A stretch of DNA of 64,000 nucleotides from contig OX597823.1 in the NCBI GenBank assembly GCA_951406725.2, positions 47,926,001-47,990,000 on the forward strand. Direction: 5' to 3'. The DNA is from Octopus vulgaris (taxonomy: Eukaryota). The notes beneath the pieces were generated by a model. That model was not told where the DNA came from. It was given only the letters and a program-made list of their open reading frames with translations, and searched no databases. Made by a program: the position numbers and the translations under genes. Shown piece after piece: positions 37,850 to 52,174 of the stretch (positions are counted from its first letter, which is position 1; each line of letters starts with the position of its first letter).

Positions 37850-39100
37850 TTATCTGAGAATACTGAAAAGTGGCTAAATTAAAAGTACAGAAATGGAAGA
37901 AGTCCTCAATAAAGAATATTTTCGCTGAATGAAGATTTTAAAACCTAAATTGAATGTGGGAAACATCATGCAAGAATCAACTTGAGGGCGGTATCCCTAA
38001 TAAGGTCTGAAAGAAAGAATTATTGAATGAAGAAAGTATGAACTGAATAGTACTAGCAAAGAAGTGAGGAAGCACAGCAGCGCGTGTGGACTGGTTTGAC
38101 TGGAAAAGAGAAAAGGCAGAAGAGGGTTAATGAGTGTTTAAAAGATAGTAGAACTAGAGAAGACAAGCCAAGGTCACTATCTAGAAGAAAAAGAAGAAAT
38201 GCTCCTTAGTGGGTAAATGGAAATCTATTTATAAAATGTGTAAATCTCAAAAAAAAAAAGAGGAAACAAGAAAATGCAAAAAAGTGGAAATTAAACCGAT
38301 TACAGATAAGTTCACTGCCATCAATTCATCACAGCAGAGTTCACTGCCATCAATTCACCAAGTGGAAAGTTTAACAAGAAAATATATCCATAGTATCACA
38401 CTGTTAATAGTTAAAAACTATTTTATAGAAAAAAAAAGAAGAAAAAAAACAAGAGAAAAATTGAAGTTGGAAAACTATGTAAAAAAGTTTGTACTGTGAA
38501 CTTTCTTCGCTGTAGTGAATTGATGATGGTGAACTAACCAGACATGAATTAAACCTTGAAGATTAGAAGTTCCACTTAGTGTTTTTCAAAACCACAAGAT
38601 AATGGAAGACAAGGATAGCTGACTATGGCTAAAGAAAAGAATGTTCAAGAAAGTCATCAAAGGAATGATTTTAGCAGCACAGGAACAGGCCTTAAAGGAT
38701 CAAGTGAGTGAGAGATCAGTAAGATTGTTCATCCAAATATACAATGTGCAATTATTCCGATGAAACTGTAGCTCATATTTTATCAGCTATTTTAAAGATG
38801 TTATTAGACTGCTGCAAAAATTGGTTGGAATTTTCGCAAGAAATTTGGTTTTATGGGAAAAGAAATGTAACCCCTTGACAACGATGAAGTGAAGTTGTGA
38901 AACTTTTCCATACATGCTGAAAGAAGAAGAGAACAACAGGCTAGACATTGCTGTCATTGATAAGAAGAAACTATATATTGTAATCAATGTGGCACATCTA
39001 TTTGACTCCAAAGTAAAAGAAAGAAAAAGAAAAAGTAAAGCATAATACTGACTTGAAAAGTACAAAATGCTCAGGTTTTGGAACAAAGAAGTTAGCAAAC
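37850..39100 (+). mobile_element. Decayed R4/Dong-like LINE (end of RT to RLE) with a nested fold-back element at 38304-38545
   Basis: Broken frames: 'KEYF', 'KLNVGN', 'AVSLIR', 'GMILAAQEQAL', 'DETVAHILS', 'RLDIAVIDKKK'. Confidence 0.75.
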
Positions 39101-42100
39101 ACATGAAATCCAAAAATATCAGAAGGGCAAAAAATTGTTTTCATGGGTATAGTTCACATCCTAAGGAAAATACTATCAACCTGAGAATTCCTGAATCTTT
39201 AAAAAATTTTCAAAATGATAAACTTTTAACAAATTATTATTTCTCAGTATTTGGCCATCTTTCCTTCTAGCAATTCTGAAATCAATTACATCAACCCTGG
39301 TACTCATCCTGAAAGGATGAAAGGCAAAGGTTACTTTGGTGGAATTTGAACTCAGAACGTCAAGACAAATGAAATGCCACTAAGCATTTCACCTGGTGTG
39401 CTAATGATTCTGCCAGGTTGTCACTTTACTGAAAATAGTAATATATTCCTGAGAAAATCACTTCCCTTTTTAATCATAAAAAAAATGCCATATAATTTAT
39501 TAAAATCAAAATCAGCAAAAGAAAGAAAAGAAAGAAAGTAAGAAAGAAAGAAGAAAAGAAAGAAAGAAAGAAAAAAAGGAAAGAAAGAAAGAAAACTAGT
39601 AATTATTGCAAGAGTAGTCAGATACTGTAGAGCAATACAGCAATACTCCCACTTTATTGAATTTTGCTTGGAGGAACATATATTACTCGTAGGCCTAATC
39701 AATTTTGAATAGTATTATAGGCTTCTAATTAGTCTAATGAATTATAGATTTGCATTATCACTTGTATATCTCCTCTGGTAGTTCAATAGTCAAATAAGAG
39801 AAAGACAAACTCTTGACTAATATATCATATGGAAATTGAGGGTTATGACAGGAATAACCTTGACTATAGCTACCTACAGTTTCTGGAAGTTCATTAAGCC
39901 GCAGGTATAAATATTACAGACTGTGAGTTAGTTATATAATGATAGTAAAGAATTATGCAATGTATTCCATGTAAAGTTTGTGCTGAAAGTTCACATAAAT
40001 TAGTTTGTATATGATACAGAGATTATTCGTATAATAATGTAGAAGATATTAAACTACATTCCACTATAATAGGAAAGTATTAAATATCAACTTGAAATTT
40101 AGATATTTAAAAACAAAAGGTACTCAAAGTTAAGAAGCAATGTGATATTTGTACTTCAAGACTGTTAATTACCATTTAGTTATATTAAATAATTTGAAAG
40201 CATTGATATAGAGATAGCAAGACAAATTTTTTTCTTTCTTTTTTTTTTTGATGACTTTGTTTTTATTAAAAACATATTTTACAGGGAAAAAAAAAGAAAG
40301 AAAAACATTATAAATATAAAAGCTCAAATTATCGAGGTTGGAAAACATACCTACCTCATCAAAGAAAGAAAGAAAAAAGAAAGAAAATGGGGTGGGGGTT
40401 TAACAGCAAAAGATGGAGTATTGCGTTGTACACCCTAGAACAAATGGTATGTTTAGCTGCACCTCATAGACATGATTGCAAGGGTCTTATCATGGAGAAT
40501 GACCATTGACACTAACTATAGCAGCCATCTCCCCTCATAGGGGTTATTTCTCAGATGGGCCACAGTTATCCTGATTTTGCAAAGGAAATCAGCAGTGGAG
40601 AGTCCAAGAAGATCTGAGGTCTCAATGGCAATCAGCACAAATTGATGGCAGCTGATCAGGCTCCTGTATTAACAGAAATTATGACTAACTTATTGAAATC
40701 TCTCAAGAATTTTTATATCCTTGAAAATATATTTCTTGATTTGCCTAATAGAACTTTAAGCAATTAGTGGTTTTGGAAATGAGATAATGCTGATAATTAG
40801 GATCAGGGTAGCAATAAAATTTGCTAGAGGGAAGAAGAATGGTATTGGACATTAATTGATCTCCACTCATTGTAGTTAGTCAAAATCTCCTATTTTATAC
40901 ATTTGTATCACCTTGGAAGGAGACACCCATTCATTGCATATAATTGAGTACTTTAGAGGTCTACTTGAAGTGTAAACATCTACAAATGCCAACATTTCAA
41001 CTTTTGGAAGGAGATTTCAGTTTAAAAAATGTTATCCTGAAAATGTCTGAGACATAATCAAAATTAATGTCATACTTGAATGAGAAGGAGTGAGTCTTGT
41101 AAGCAGTGTAAAGAATGGTTTGAATATAAGCAGGATGTGATGTAGAAACAGTAAGTAGAGTAGCACAGACAAGCACTAGTTGAAGCAGTATTGATTTAAA
41201 GACGTATAAAAATGAGATTGTTTACCAATCAATAGCCCAAGGGTAGAAAGTGATGCTTAAAGAGGACTGGATTATTGATTATTGTATGACTTCATTTTGG
41301 GCTTTGGTTGAAGATCTCCAATCATTGTTAATAATACATTGTTTACAGATAGAAATGCAAGGTCTTGATCTAACTTGGATAACACATTTAAATCAACACC
41401 AAAAAATGTATAATATATATATATTATGCAAAAAAGAAAAGAAAAATCTATGACAAACAGGTAATTATCTTTTCAGAAGAATCAATATACTTTTTTAATT
41501 ACATAGCTCAGAAAAGACAAGTAACAGAAATCGTGTGGTTTGTCAAATGCAACCACAATGCAATTACTGGTATATTTATTCGTTTTGGGTCACAGATAAT
41601 TCTCACAATATTATTGGGTGGATTCGCATTTATTGAAAATCTTAATTAACCAATCGGAACCAATGGATCTGCTTAGGGACCAGAACATCAACAGTGATGA
41701 CAATCCAATTAAATCCTTATTAAATTGAAACTATTTATCATCAGAATGGTTAAAAATCAATTTGAAAATCTTTGGGGTCCTTTTTTTTTTTTTTTAGGCT
41801 TTGCATTCAATATTCATTAATGATCTCACTAGTGACCATCTTGGAAGTTCCAATACCATTTCCCAGGAAAGCAGTTAGTTATGTTCTTTCATCGAACACT
41901 GTCTTATACGAACAGTTTCAAATAATTTTGCACCGTTATTGTCTATAATAAATAAATACCACTGAATTCTGTTATTTGTTTCTGTTGCTATAAAGATTTC
42001 TATTTCGAACTCATATTAAACAACATATTTCTGAAATTAACATTGTGACACATATTTTATAAATGGCAACTGAACTGCAAGAAATTCTAAACCTAATAAA

Positions 42101-42192
42101 GGTTGAGGCTGTTGACTGCTTCAGAAACTTCTGGTAAACAACTTGCTTGGGAGAAATCATTTTTTTTAGTATTGAATTAAATCTTGGATTTC

Positions 42193-42224
<32 letters not shown>

Positions 42225-42243
42225 TTTTAGTTAATCTCCAGCT

Positions 42244-42454
42244 TTAACCCTTTGGCATTCAGATTAATCTATCAAATGTAATGCTTAGCTATTCACATGG
42301 TTTTGAATTAAGCATACATTATCTTATGGCTTCAAGACTTCGATGATGTGATTGTTAATTTTTTCCCAAGAGATCCTGGGTCTGGTCAGTTTGAACATAA
42401 AACTGGTAGAATATTTTCACTGGATTATGGCCAGTTTAAATGCTAAACAGTTAA
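42244..42454. mobile_element. piggyBac-type MITE (TTAA-flanked)
   Basis: TTAA-CCCTTTGGCATT ... AATGCTAAACAG-TTAA. A homolog lies in reverse orientation at 47258-47876. Confidence 0.75.
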
Positions 42455-42889
42455 AGAGGGAAATATGATATGCTGTGATCACTTCATAATGTTTAGTATG
42501 TCCCCTGGACACTTTGAAATATAACATATTTGGGTTGCAAACAAACATTATAGAGTTCTTGAGCCAATTTAGGGTCCTCTCAGGCAATGATGACAAGAAC
42601 GCTGGTCATCATTCTGAATGTGTTGCACAGCCCCTTAACAGCTCATCCATTGACTACATCAGTGTTTCTTCTTGTGATGTTGGCATGTGGCATAGTGGTT
42701 AGGTAGTCACTTCATGATCATAAGGTTGAGAGTTCAATTGCTGGTGGTATGTTGTATCCTTCAGCAAGACACTTTATTTCATATTATCCCAGTCTTCTCA
42801 GATGGCAAAAATGAGCAGTAATTCAAAGGGTCAGCTTTGTTTTATTCTGTGTTATGCGTAATTTCCCTGAGAACTATCTTAAGTGTACA

Positions 42890-43024
42890 CGAACCACATG
42901 GTACTGGGTTCAGTCCCACTGCATTGCACCTTGGGCAAGTGTCTTCTACTATAGCCTCGGACTGACCAAAGCCGTGTGAGTGGATTTGGTAGACGGAAAC
43001 TGAAAGAAGCCCATCGTATATATG

Positions 43025-43059
<35 letters not shown>

Positions 43060-43282
43060 GTTTGTGTGTCTGTATTTGTCCATCCAGCATTGCTTGACAA
43101 ACGATGCTTGTGTGTTTACGTCCCTGTAACTTAGAGGTTCGGCAAAAGAGACTGATAGAATAAGTACTAAGCTTACAAAGAATAAGTCCTGGGGTCGATT
43201 TGCTTGACTAAAAGGTGGTGCTCCAGCATGGCCACAGTCAAATGACTGAAACAAGTAAAAGAGTAAAGAGTAAAAAAAGAGT
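42890..43282 (+). mobile_element. SINE-A nested in a SINE-D-like element (starting at ~42685)
   Basis: Family blocks are present; the host element resumes near 43283. Confidence 0.85.
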
Positions 43283-44148
43283 ATGTGCGTGAAGTGCTCA
43301 ACTACTTGCGCAAGTAAAAATACAAGATCAATTTTAATACAAGCATCATAACATCACTATTAGTTTAATTTTCATGATGGTAACAGAAAAAACTTAGTTT
43401 TTTTTTTTTGTTTTGTTATTTTTCTTGTGAGGATGTTTGAGCAACTGAAAAAATAGGTGTTCTACAATTATATGGCAAATCAGTATTTCCATTACATTTT
43501 AATCAAGATGTCAGCTGATAATAGGGCAGTGAGCTAGCAGAATCATTAGCATGCTAAGCAAAATGCTTAGAGGCATTTTATCCATCTTTATGCTCTGAGC
43601 TTGAATACCAGCAGGGTCGACTTTTGCCTTTCATCCTTTCAGGATTAATAAAATAAGAACCAGTTGAGTACTGGGGTTAATGTAATCAACTTACCCTTAT
43701 CCCAAAACTGCTAGCCTTAACCAAAAATCTGTAACCTGTACTCTAATGGATGATGTTTTTCAGAATGGATCTGATTGATACAAGTGTGGGTGTGGTTGTG
43801 GGTTGAGAAGATCACTTCCCAACCACATAGTTCCAGGTTCAGTCCCACTGTATGATGGACCACATGGTCTGGTGGGGTTTTTTTCCAGCCATATAATGAT
43901 GTAATGGCTTGCATGCCTCAATAATCTTTCTTGTTATGCTAATGGAACACACGTTCTTGATAAAGTCTCTTGTATTGGACAGGCTAAAGAACAAAGGCCA
44001 GACTTATATGGGCTACCATTTCCAAGAGACAAAAATGGTTTGTGTAGGGTCAGCACTCCTACCTAGAAAAAAAAAGGCTAAGTTACAAGAAGCATCACAG
44101 ATAATTTAAAACCAACAAGACCCAGGAGGGGAGGGCTTTCACTTAGGG

Positions 44149-44833
44149 CAAGGGTTAAGGAACTTTTTTTAGCCAATAACCTAAAATATATTTATTTACA
44201 CTGACATTACCCCCTTGATTCAAAAGGGAGAAAATCATAGATTCCTTGAATTCAAAAGGCTTATTGCATCTGTTTATACGGAGAATACAATTATAAATAT
44301 AAAAAGCATAAAATAAACACGATAAAATAAATTAATATCCTCGTTATGAAACAAAAGAATTTTTCTAGAAAATTTCACTTCAGGTTTTGGAGAAATGATA
44401 GTTTCATTTTTGTTACAATTACATCTAAAAATTGGGGCATTTTGATGCCAGAGCAATGTAGATACAGTCTTCAGGGTCCAAACAATTTCAGTAAAGGGTT
44501 GAATTGAATAACTACTTAAACGTACTTAAAAAAAGCAAAAATTTGAATGTCAAAAAATAAGGTTAAGGCAGGTAATAGACAACTCACAAGTAATATGTTT
44601 AGTTATTCACAACACCTTAGCGACCAAATTGTCTGTAGTTCAAAATGACGTGATGACTCCTAAACACGTCCATTATATTAGACAGATGCAGTGTTGCCAG
44701 AAGAAAAATCTCTGCCATAACAAGGAACAAGATTTTTGTATAATTTTATATAATTTTACCTATGTTTAATGAGTCCTCATTACCCCCATTTTTACCCCAC
44801 TTGGGGCAATTTACCCCAATTTACCAACCCTTG
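44149..44833. mobile_element. hAT non-autonomous element
   Basis: TIRs CAAGGGTT/AACCCTTG, imperfect 8-bp TSD acttaggg/ccttagag, subterminal ttacccc repeats. Confidence 0.75.
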
Positions 44834-45154
44834 CCTTAGAGAAACATATGATGTGGTTCAGTGAAGTCCAAAAGGAAATCAACATCCTGCATTATTTGTC
44901 AGGTTCTTACTTAGAACCTACAAGAGAGGGTTGAAGAGAGAATACCTTAAAAATAGCAGGAGGCAGAATATTGACTGAAGCAGAGGAGATAGGCCATAAA
45001 TTCAGAACAGCAGAAGAGAGTTGCTGCTGGCCTATGCTGCAGAGGGAGTGAAGGGTTTAAATAAATGAGTTGGGAAAAAGTTTGGGAGCCACTGTGGTAC
45101 AGTATCTAGTCTCTGCGTGTGCATGTATGTGTTATATGGGTTCTTGTGTGTGTG

Positions 45155-45197
<43 letters not shown>

Positions 45198-45892
45198 ATA
45201 TGAGTTTGTGTGTGTGCACGTGTGTGTGTATCTGTATGTATGTGAGTTTGTGTGTATGTGAGTGTGTGTATGTGTGTGTGCTTATGTGTGTGTGTGTGTG
45301 TGTGCATGTGTGTGTATGTGCACATGTGTGTGCATGAGTATATGGGTGTGTATGTGAGTTTGTGTGTGTGAGAGAGTGTGTGTGTGAGTGTGTGTGTATG
45401 TGTGTGTGCTTATGTGTGTGTGCTTATGTGTGTGTGCTTATGTGTGTGTATATGTGTGTGTGTGCATGTGTATGTGTGTGTTTATATATGTGCATGTGCG
45501 TGTGTATGTGTGTGTGTGTGTGTGTGTTCAAATGCCATTAAAGTAAACTTTTACATCCAATCATTTCGAATGCAGTTAAATAGAAACGACATACTGATCC
45601 CAGTGCAAATGATTATCTCTTCTCTCCAAACAAAAAGGGGGCTTTATGCCTAGTGAAAAAAATTCATTATATCTTCTTTCTCATTTTTTCATTATTACTA
45701 TATTATACTATTAATTTTATTTTTGTTTTAGGTTTCATATAATCACCCCTTTGAACTGCTAAAAATATAAATAAATAATTGAACAATAATTTGCATACAA
45801 CTTTTCTTCAAACCACTCTGTATGTAAATTATAATTACTTGATTAATCGATTTATTTTTTAAATCTATTTTTTAATTTCATTTTTGTTTCAG

Positions 45893-45919
45893 CAAACTAG
45901 TAGTCAGTAGTCTCCTTTG
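45893..45919 (+). other. Candidate 27-nt microexon
   Basis: Acceptor ttttttaatttcatttttgtttcAG and donor TTG|GTAAGT. One frame is open (KLVVSSLL, phase 2/2). No supporting coding neighbours were found. Confidence 0.25.
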
Positions 45920-46183
45920 GTAAGTAGTTTTTATATCTTTTAGAGTCCATTGGAGCCTATTCCATTCAGTATTGATAATGATAACACTAGACATGAATAT
46001 AAGCTTTTCAGAATAGTTACACACTTTAGCACCAACCAAAATTGGCTCAACTTAAATTCTAAAATTCGTAAGTTAACTAGAGATTCCAATCGTTTGTAAA
46101 TGTGGGTCAACAACAGAGTCTCTATGCAATCACTTGAATTGCTAGAGAAAGCAGCAATTCATTTCTCAACTAACACCCTAAAC

Positions 46184-46378
46184 CAGTGGTTCTCAACCTT
46201 TTTAATATCCAGGACAGTTCTAAAGCCAGGATCTGTTTTAGGGGTCCCGTGCCATAAAAAGTAAAGCACAAGTCAATTAAAGATAAATTTATTGTATTTA
46301 TAAAGAGAAGACCATTGGAGGCTGTCAGAAAAATGCATGAAGGATACATGCAACCCCGAGAGCCCTGATTCACAACTG
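46184..46378. mobile_element. hAT-type MITE
   Basis: Begins CAGTGGTTCTCAACC and ends with a degenerate '...acaactg'. Confidence 0.55.
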
Positions 46379-47257
46379 TATTTGACTTTCCCCCCTTTTC
46401 CTTCAAAATTACTGACCTTGCACCAAGATTAGAAAGAATTATTTCAATGACACAGCAACTGCATACAAAATTTCTATCCATGTCCAAACACACTAATCAA
46501 ATTCAAACCATGCAACTAATAAAGTAGATATTCCAATACATTCCCCAATCTCATTTAAATATTAAATATTTGTCTCACATACCACAGAATACATGCGCTT
46601 TTTCTTTAGGCTTTCTACATTCAGAGTTCAAATCCACACCAACGTCAACTTTGCTATTCATCTTTCCAGGGTTGATAGAATACCAGTCAAATATTGGGTT
46701 GATACAATTTACTGTCTCCACTACTCACAATTTTTCTTGCCTCACTTCTTATATAAAAATTTAATAAGATAATTATTTTCAAAGTATTAACTTCATCTTT
46801 AAAGAGTTTAAACATTTTTATTAATATTTACAGCAGTGCAATACTTTGATTATGTGAAGGCACATGACTCAGTGGTCAGAGCATCAGGCTCACAGTCATG
46901 AAGTAGTGAGTTCGATTCCCAGACCAGGTTGTGTGTTGTGTTTTTGAACAAAACACATTATTTCATGTTGCTCCAGTTCACTCAGCTGTAAAAATAAGTT
47001 GCAACATCACTGGTGCCAAGCTGTACCATTGTTTAGAGGGGAACTTTCACGGTACAATCCTATGGTCATTCTTGACCGAAGGAGGTCTTTACCCTATACT
47101 TTGATTAGTGATGCCTCCAATAGTCATCAGGTGTCCTATTTTTTTTATATGCATATAACAAGGGACTGAATTCAAATCAGAAGCCTTTTATTTCTAAATT
47201 AAAGATTAAAATAATGATATATTGGTAGCCCAGTGGAGAAGAGTAATTTCTGAAGGG

Positions 47258-47876
47258 TTGAACCTCTTTAACATTTAAACTGGTTGCATCCAACCAAAAT
47301 TTTCAACCAATTTTATGTTCAAACTGGCCAGATCTGGCCTCTCACACCTTTCCTACAATGTCATTATAAAAATAAACAATCATATCATCGAAATCTTGAG
47401 GCTCTGAGATAATCTCTATATGTAAAGCTGAAGTTGTCTGTGTATGGCAGGTTTGGTAGCCTTCAACTAACACTATCTCCTCCGAGACCCTGCGGTGCAA
47501 GTTGACCAAAATTGAGAGTATGATAGAAGAAGGCTTGCTCTTCCTTCCGTAGAAGAAAAATTCAAATCGGACCATGTTAACACCAAAAATTATTTACATT
47601 AAAACGGTGCTTTTTTCCTATGAAAATCCCTGTTTTTTACGATTTTTCGACTGCTGTGTCGCCATTTTTTGGTGTATTTCAACCAGAAAAATGTTCACTT
47701 AAAGAGAATAACAAGCTACATAATGCAAAATTTTTACTTTTCAAAAATTCCAGTTCTAAAGGGTCGAAACAAACCTGAGCAACGCCGGGCGATACTGCTA
47801 GTACATGAGTAATTGAAAACAATATGAATAGATAAGCATTACGTCTGATAGAGTATTCTGAATGTCAAAGAGTTAA
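47258..47876. mobile_element. piggyBac-type MITE split by a Helitron
   Basis: The two halves join to give the reverse complement of 42244-42454. Confidence 0.75.
47413..47801 (+). mobile_element. Non-autonomous Helitron (389 bp)
   Basis: 5' TC, 3' GC-rich hairpin cctgagcaacgccggg then CTAG. Inserted between A47412 and T47802 with no TSD. Confidence 0.9.
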
Positions 47877-50800
47877 AAGCCATGAAATTTTATAAAAAGT
47901 CGTAAACAGTGGGAAGGAAATGAACTGTCTTCAAGATACATCAAATGCTATTCTGAAATATCTTCAACATGAAATTGAAACACTGTTGCAATCTCTTCGT
48001 GTTTGAAATTTACTTCTTATTCTACATTCCTTACCCCGAATCATTTAAATTAAGTTTATGGTCAATGCCATATTTTGTCATTACAATCCCTGTTAGAGTT
48101 GCATTAATCTTAAACAGCTGAACTTTAAATGTCATGTTCACTAATGAATTCATAGTTTCACTCTTAATTTAACCTTTCATTTATATACTGCAGGTTTTCA
48201 CTATGACATATTTTTCAGTCTTAGCCTGTATCATATAGACTATACCTACCGTCTTCAGCAGATCATCCATTTCATTGTAGGTGGTGGGGTAGAAGGAGTT
48301 CTTCTTTTCATTTACTTGTTTCAGTCATTAAACTGCAGTCATGCTGGGGCACCACCTCAAAGAGTTTTTGTCAAACAAATCAACTCCAGTACTTAATTTT
48401 TAAAACCTGGTACATATTCTATCAGTTTTATTGGCTGAACCACCAAGTTACGGGGGCATAAACATACCAACACTGGTTGTCAAGCAGTGGAGGGTGACAA
48501 ACGCCAATACAAAAACACACACACATGATGGGCTTCTTTCAGTTTCTGTCCACAAAATCCATTCACAAGACTTTGGTCAGCCTGAGACTATAATAGAAGA
48601 CACTTGCTCAAGGTGACATGCACTGGGACCTATTTTTCAAAAATATTGACTAATATGATGCATAATTCTTATGGTTTTATCTCAGCATTCTGTAGAGTAT
48701 TAGTAATATGCAAGCATGGGTTACAAATTGAGATGCCATTGTGAGTACTATATTGCTGGTTATTAAGATACATGAACATCTATAAACATTTACTACTTAC
48801 GCTTACGTCCATAACTTTAGAAACGCTAAGTGACAATAGTTTTAACATTATTCTTTACTTTACATTTTCACTTTGAAAAATATTCCAGTACATGTCTGTG
48901 AAACCTGAAAAATCTCTTATAGACCATTTAATGACTCTTACAGCTGCAAAGAGAAAACCAAGAACATTTGCTGCCTTCACATTAGAAACCCTACATTAAA
49001 TGAATGCTTTTGTTTTTAATATCTTCTTCTTGCCAAATTGTCTTCCACCCACATGATATAGAATGAAATTAGTGATATCACACAGTATATATCATATAAT
49101 CAACATTTCCCATACAGTTAAATGGCTTTTATTCCATAATCTATTCTATATTTATTTCGAAAATCAAATAATAGTTTTCTTGTGATCTACAGTAAAATAA
49201 TATAACTTATCTCTTTCAATTCTAGTGAAGAAGTCTTCATTAAGAAAACATTTCCAAATTAAGGCAATTTTTCTAGAAAAACTCCAATATCTTCTACACA
49301 TGGCAATTGACTTTTGCAGATTTTTCTTTAAAATTATCTTTTAGTGGGGGTAATTCTCTTGTTTCATTGTTTCTTTGGCTTATAAGAAGAAATAAAATGA
49401 CTGCTGTGTTATGGGGCCTAATTGATACACATGCCAGTAACAGGATCAAGATCAAAGTAGATAATAAGAATTGATGGTATCAATCCATCTTGAAGTCAAT
49501 AGGGTGTCCTTAACAAGCAGAGTAAAAACATTTAAGCAGCCAACTTCCTTCCTGCCATCATCTTCCTAACAAAATGAATAAAACTGATAATAAGATGATT
49601 TTGTAGAATAATTCCCCTGTTCCTCAATTCGTATCTAATTTCTTTGCTTGATTTTGAAATCTTTCATGTCAATTTTTCTGAAGTATATATTACCATTTAG
49701 GTATTTTCTTCTGAATATATATAAAACAACGATGATCAGTTTAAACTGTAAGGTAGGTTAGGTATGTTACATACCATTCTTTACTGCTTGCACTAAACAA
49801 TTCATATTGTCTGAATATAACTATTATTCATGCTCATAGTACTTGTAAGAATTGTTAATGCAGTAGATAATTTATTGAAGTTTTATATATAATTTTATTT
49901 TATTTTAAGTAAATCACTTTAAAAAAAAAACAAAGAGCTAATTAAATCTAATATTGATATAGTTAATCAGAGAAAATTTGCTATCATTTAGTCAAAATAT
50001 GTTGGTAGCTTTTAAATTTCTTTATACTTTAATATATATTTTGCCACCATATTTTCTTAAAATTTATCCTCTTTTTCTTCTTTTTAAATTGATTTTCATT
50101 TTTATCTTTCTTCAAATCAACTTAAAAGTGTCCACACAGTGCTTTTATTTCAACTTTTAGGCATTAATCCTATTTTCTTTCTATAAGTTTTTCATTCTTT
50201 TAATGAAACAGAAATTTAATAAAAAGTTCCAAAATTCCTCAAACTACAAATTTACTTCACTTAGTATCAATATATGGTTATTATATACAAATAAAATATT
50301 ACAGAAGGTCCAGGATAACTTCAAATGACTTTGGTCATTTAAGACATTTTTATAGTAATTGGAATGTTCGTCAAATCATTGTGAGAAATTAGCTTTGTAA
50401 TTTAATATTATAAGTTTAAGATTTTGGCTGTCAAAAACCAAATAAAGCAATATCTTAGCAGCTTAAAATTGAATTCCTAATCATCATTTTAGTCACATCT
50501 AAGAATGGTTATTAATTTTTATTTATTTTTGTTTTTAGATAACTTTTTTGTGGAAACATTTATTAATGACAATAAAGTATATATTGAATGGAAGTTTACT
50601 TAATTCATTTATAGGCCTTAGTCAGTACGAGAGTTTTAGTTTTGATGTTTTTCACACTAATTTTCTCTTTTGATATCTAAGAGTTTGATCAAGATAATTT
50701 TTATGAATTCAAATCTTCAAAGAAGAAACTTTTTAAATGGATACTTCACTTTTATTGTATAGTTACACTTTGCCAAACACCTTTATTTCCGTGTGATTTT

Positions 50801-52174
50801 TGAAATATAGTAGACTTCTTCATTTAACTACCTTTCCCACTTCTCACACAGGATAAAAATAAAGATAATAAACTTTATTAGTGGACAGTTATTCTTTGTT
50901 AGAAATAACATCTTGGAATAACATGGTATGTGAATAAAATGAACTAGTGATTTAGACTGAATTGAGATGAGCTATGCAAAGCGTTAATTGCTTAAAGTAT
51001 TCAAAGATGTAACTAATGACCAATCATAATAAATGTAATTGATGTAAACTGAATAAAATTGAAGTGTTATGTACTCTGAGGCTCATCAGCATTGAAATGA
51101 ACCAGAGATTTTGACTGAACCAGAAAGTTGCGAGTTTAGAGAATTATAGTTTACAAAATAATTGACAAGGATAGAGAGCGTCTGTAAGAGACACAATTGT
51201 ACTCTTATCCAGCTTATGGCAGTAAGTAAATCTGATAATTATGATAATGATGATAAACTATATTTTTCCATAAGGAGCATGACATTTAATAATAGACATT
51301 CACTCTTACTGTTTAGTTTTGCCAATTGATAGGAAAGTTTAATGTTTGCAAACTAGTTATTTATATAGAGTCAGTGTCAAATACTAAATAAAACTGATAA
51401 ATGAGAAAAGAATGGTTTATAACTGAATACTGAATAATAATATTTGAAATTGGTGCCTTAGTTGATAACTTAGAAGAATGCTTTACGAAAATCCATAACT
51501 ACTAAATGTGACTGAAATCTATTGCTTTAAGTTTATTATTTGTGTATTTGAGAAATTTAATTAGACTTTAATAGTTCATTTTGTGTATTAGAACTATTAG
51601 TAGGTTAGGAATAATCACAGAAAGTTCCAAAAACATGTGATAAATCTTTTGAGAAACATAATTAATAAAGCTATAACTCACCTTTGACAAGAGGTCCTAA
51701 AGTGTTAGCAAGAAGACAAAGAGATGCTAATGTGTTCTAATGTTGTGACTTACTGGCTCTCTGGTCTCTTAGCAATGGAAACATCAGTTAATATATCACC
51801 AAAGTTGAACAAGGTGTGTCATTTTAGTGTTGAAGTTAATGATAGTGAATCAAATTTTGCATGTAATTAGTTGATGTATTTAGACCTTGTTGGTCTCAGT
51901 CTCAGCTGAAATTCTTGAGAAGGCATTAGACACAGCCCTTTTTCTAAATAAAATACAAAATAAAAATGTTAAAAGTATGAAAGCATCTAGCTAGGTTGAG
52001 ACAAGAGAAGAAAACTTTGGGGAAAAAGAAGTAAGATTAAGAGTGGTAGAAAACAGATATTTTAGTAGTGATACAGAAATAAAAGTTCTGTTCCACTTGT
52101 ATGATATGTGTAAATTTCATTTCAGAGTTGGGAAAAAAGAAAAAGAAAAAGAAAATCTCTTCATAATTTTAAGT

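Noticed and set aside
41798-41873. Exon-like segment ALHSIFINDLTSD... after a poly-T acceptor
   Set aside because: Weak donor and no partner exons; 'SIFINDL' may be a LINE RT remnant.
48200-48265. Minus-strand CTGAAGA...GAAAAATATGTC hammerhead-like spacing
   Set aside because: No convincing stem I and a mismatched stem III; cannot be distinguished from chance.
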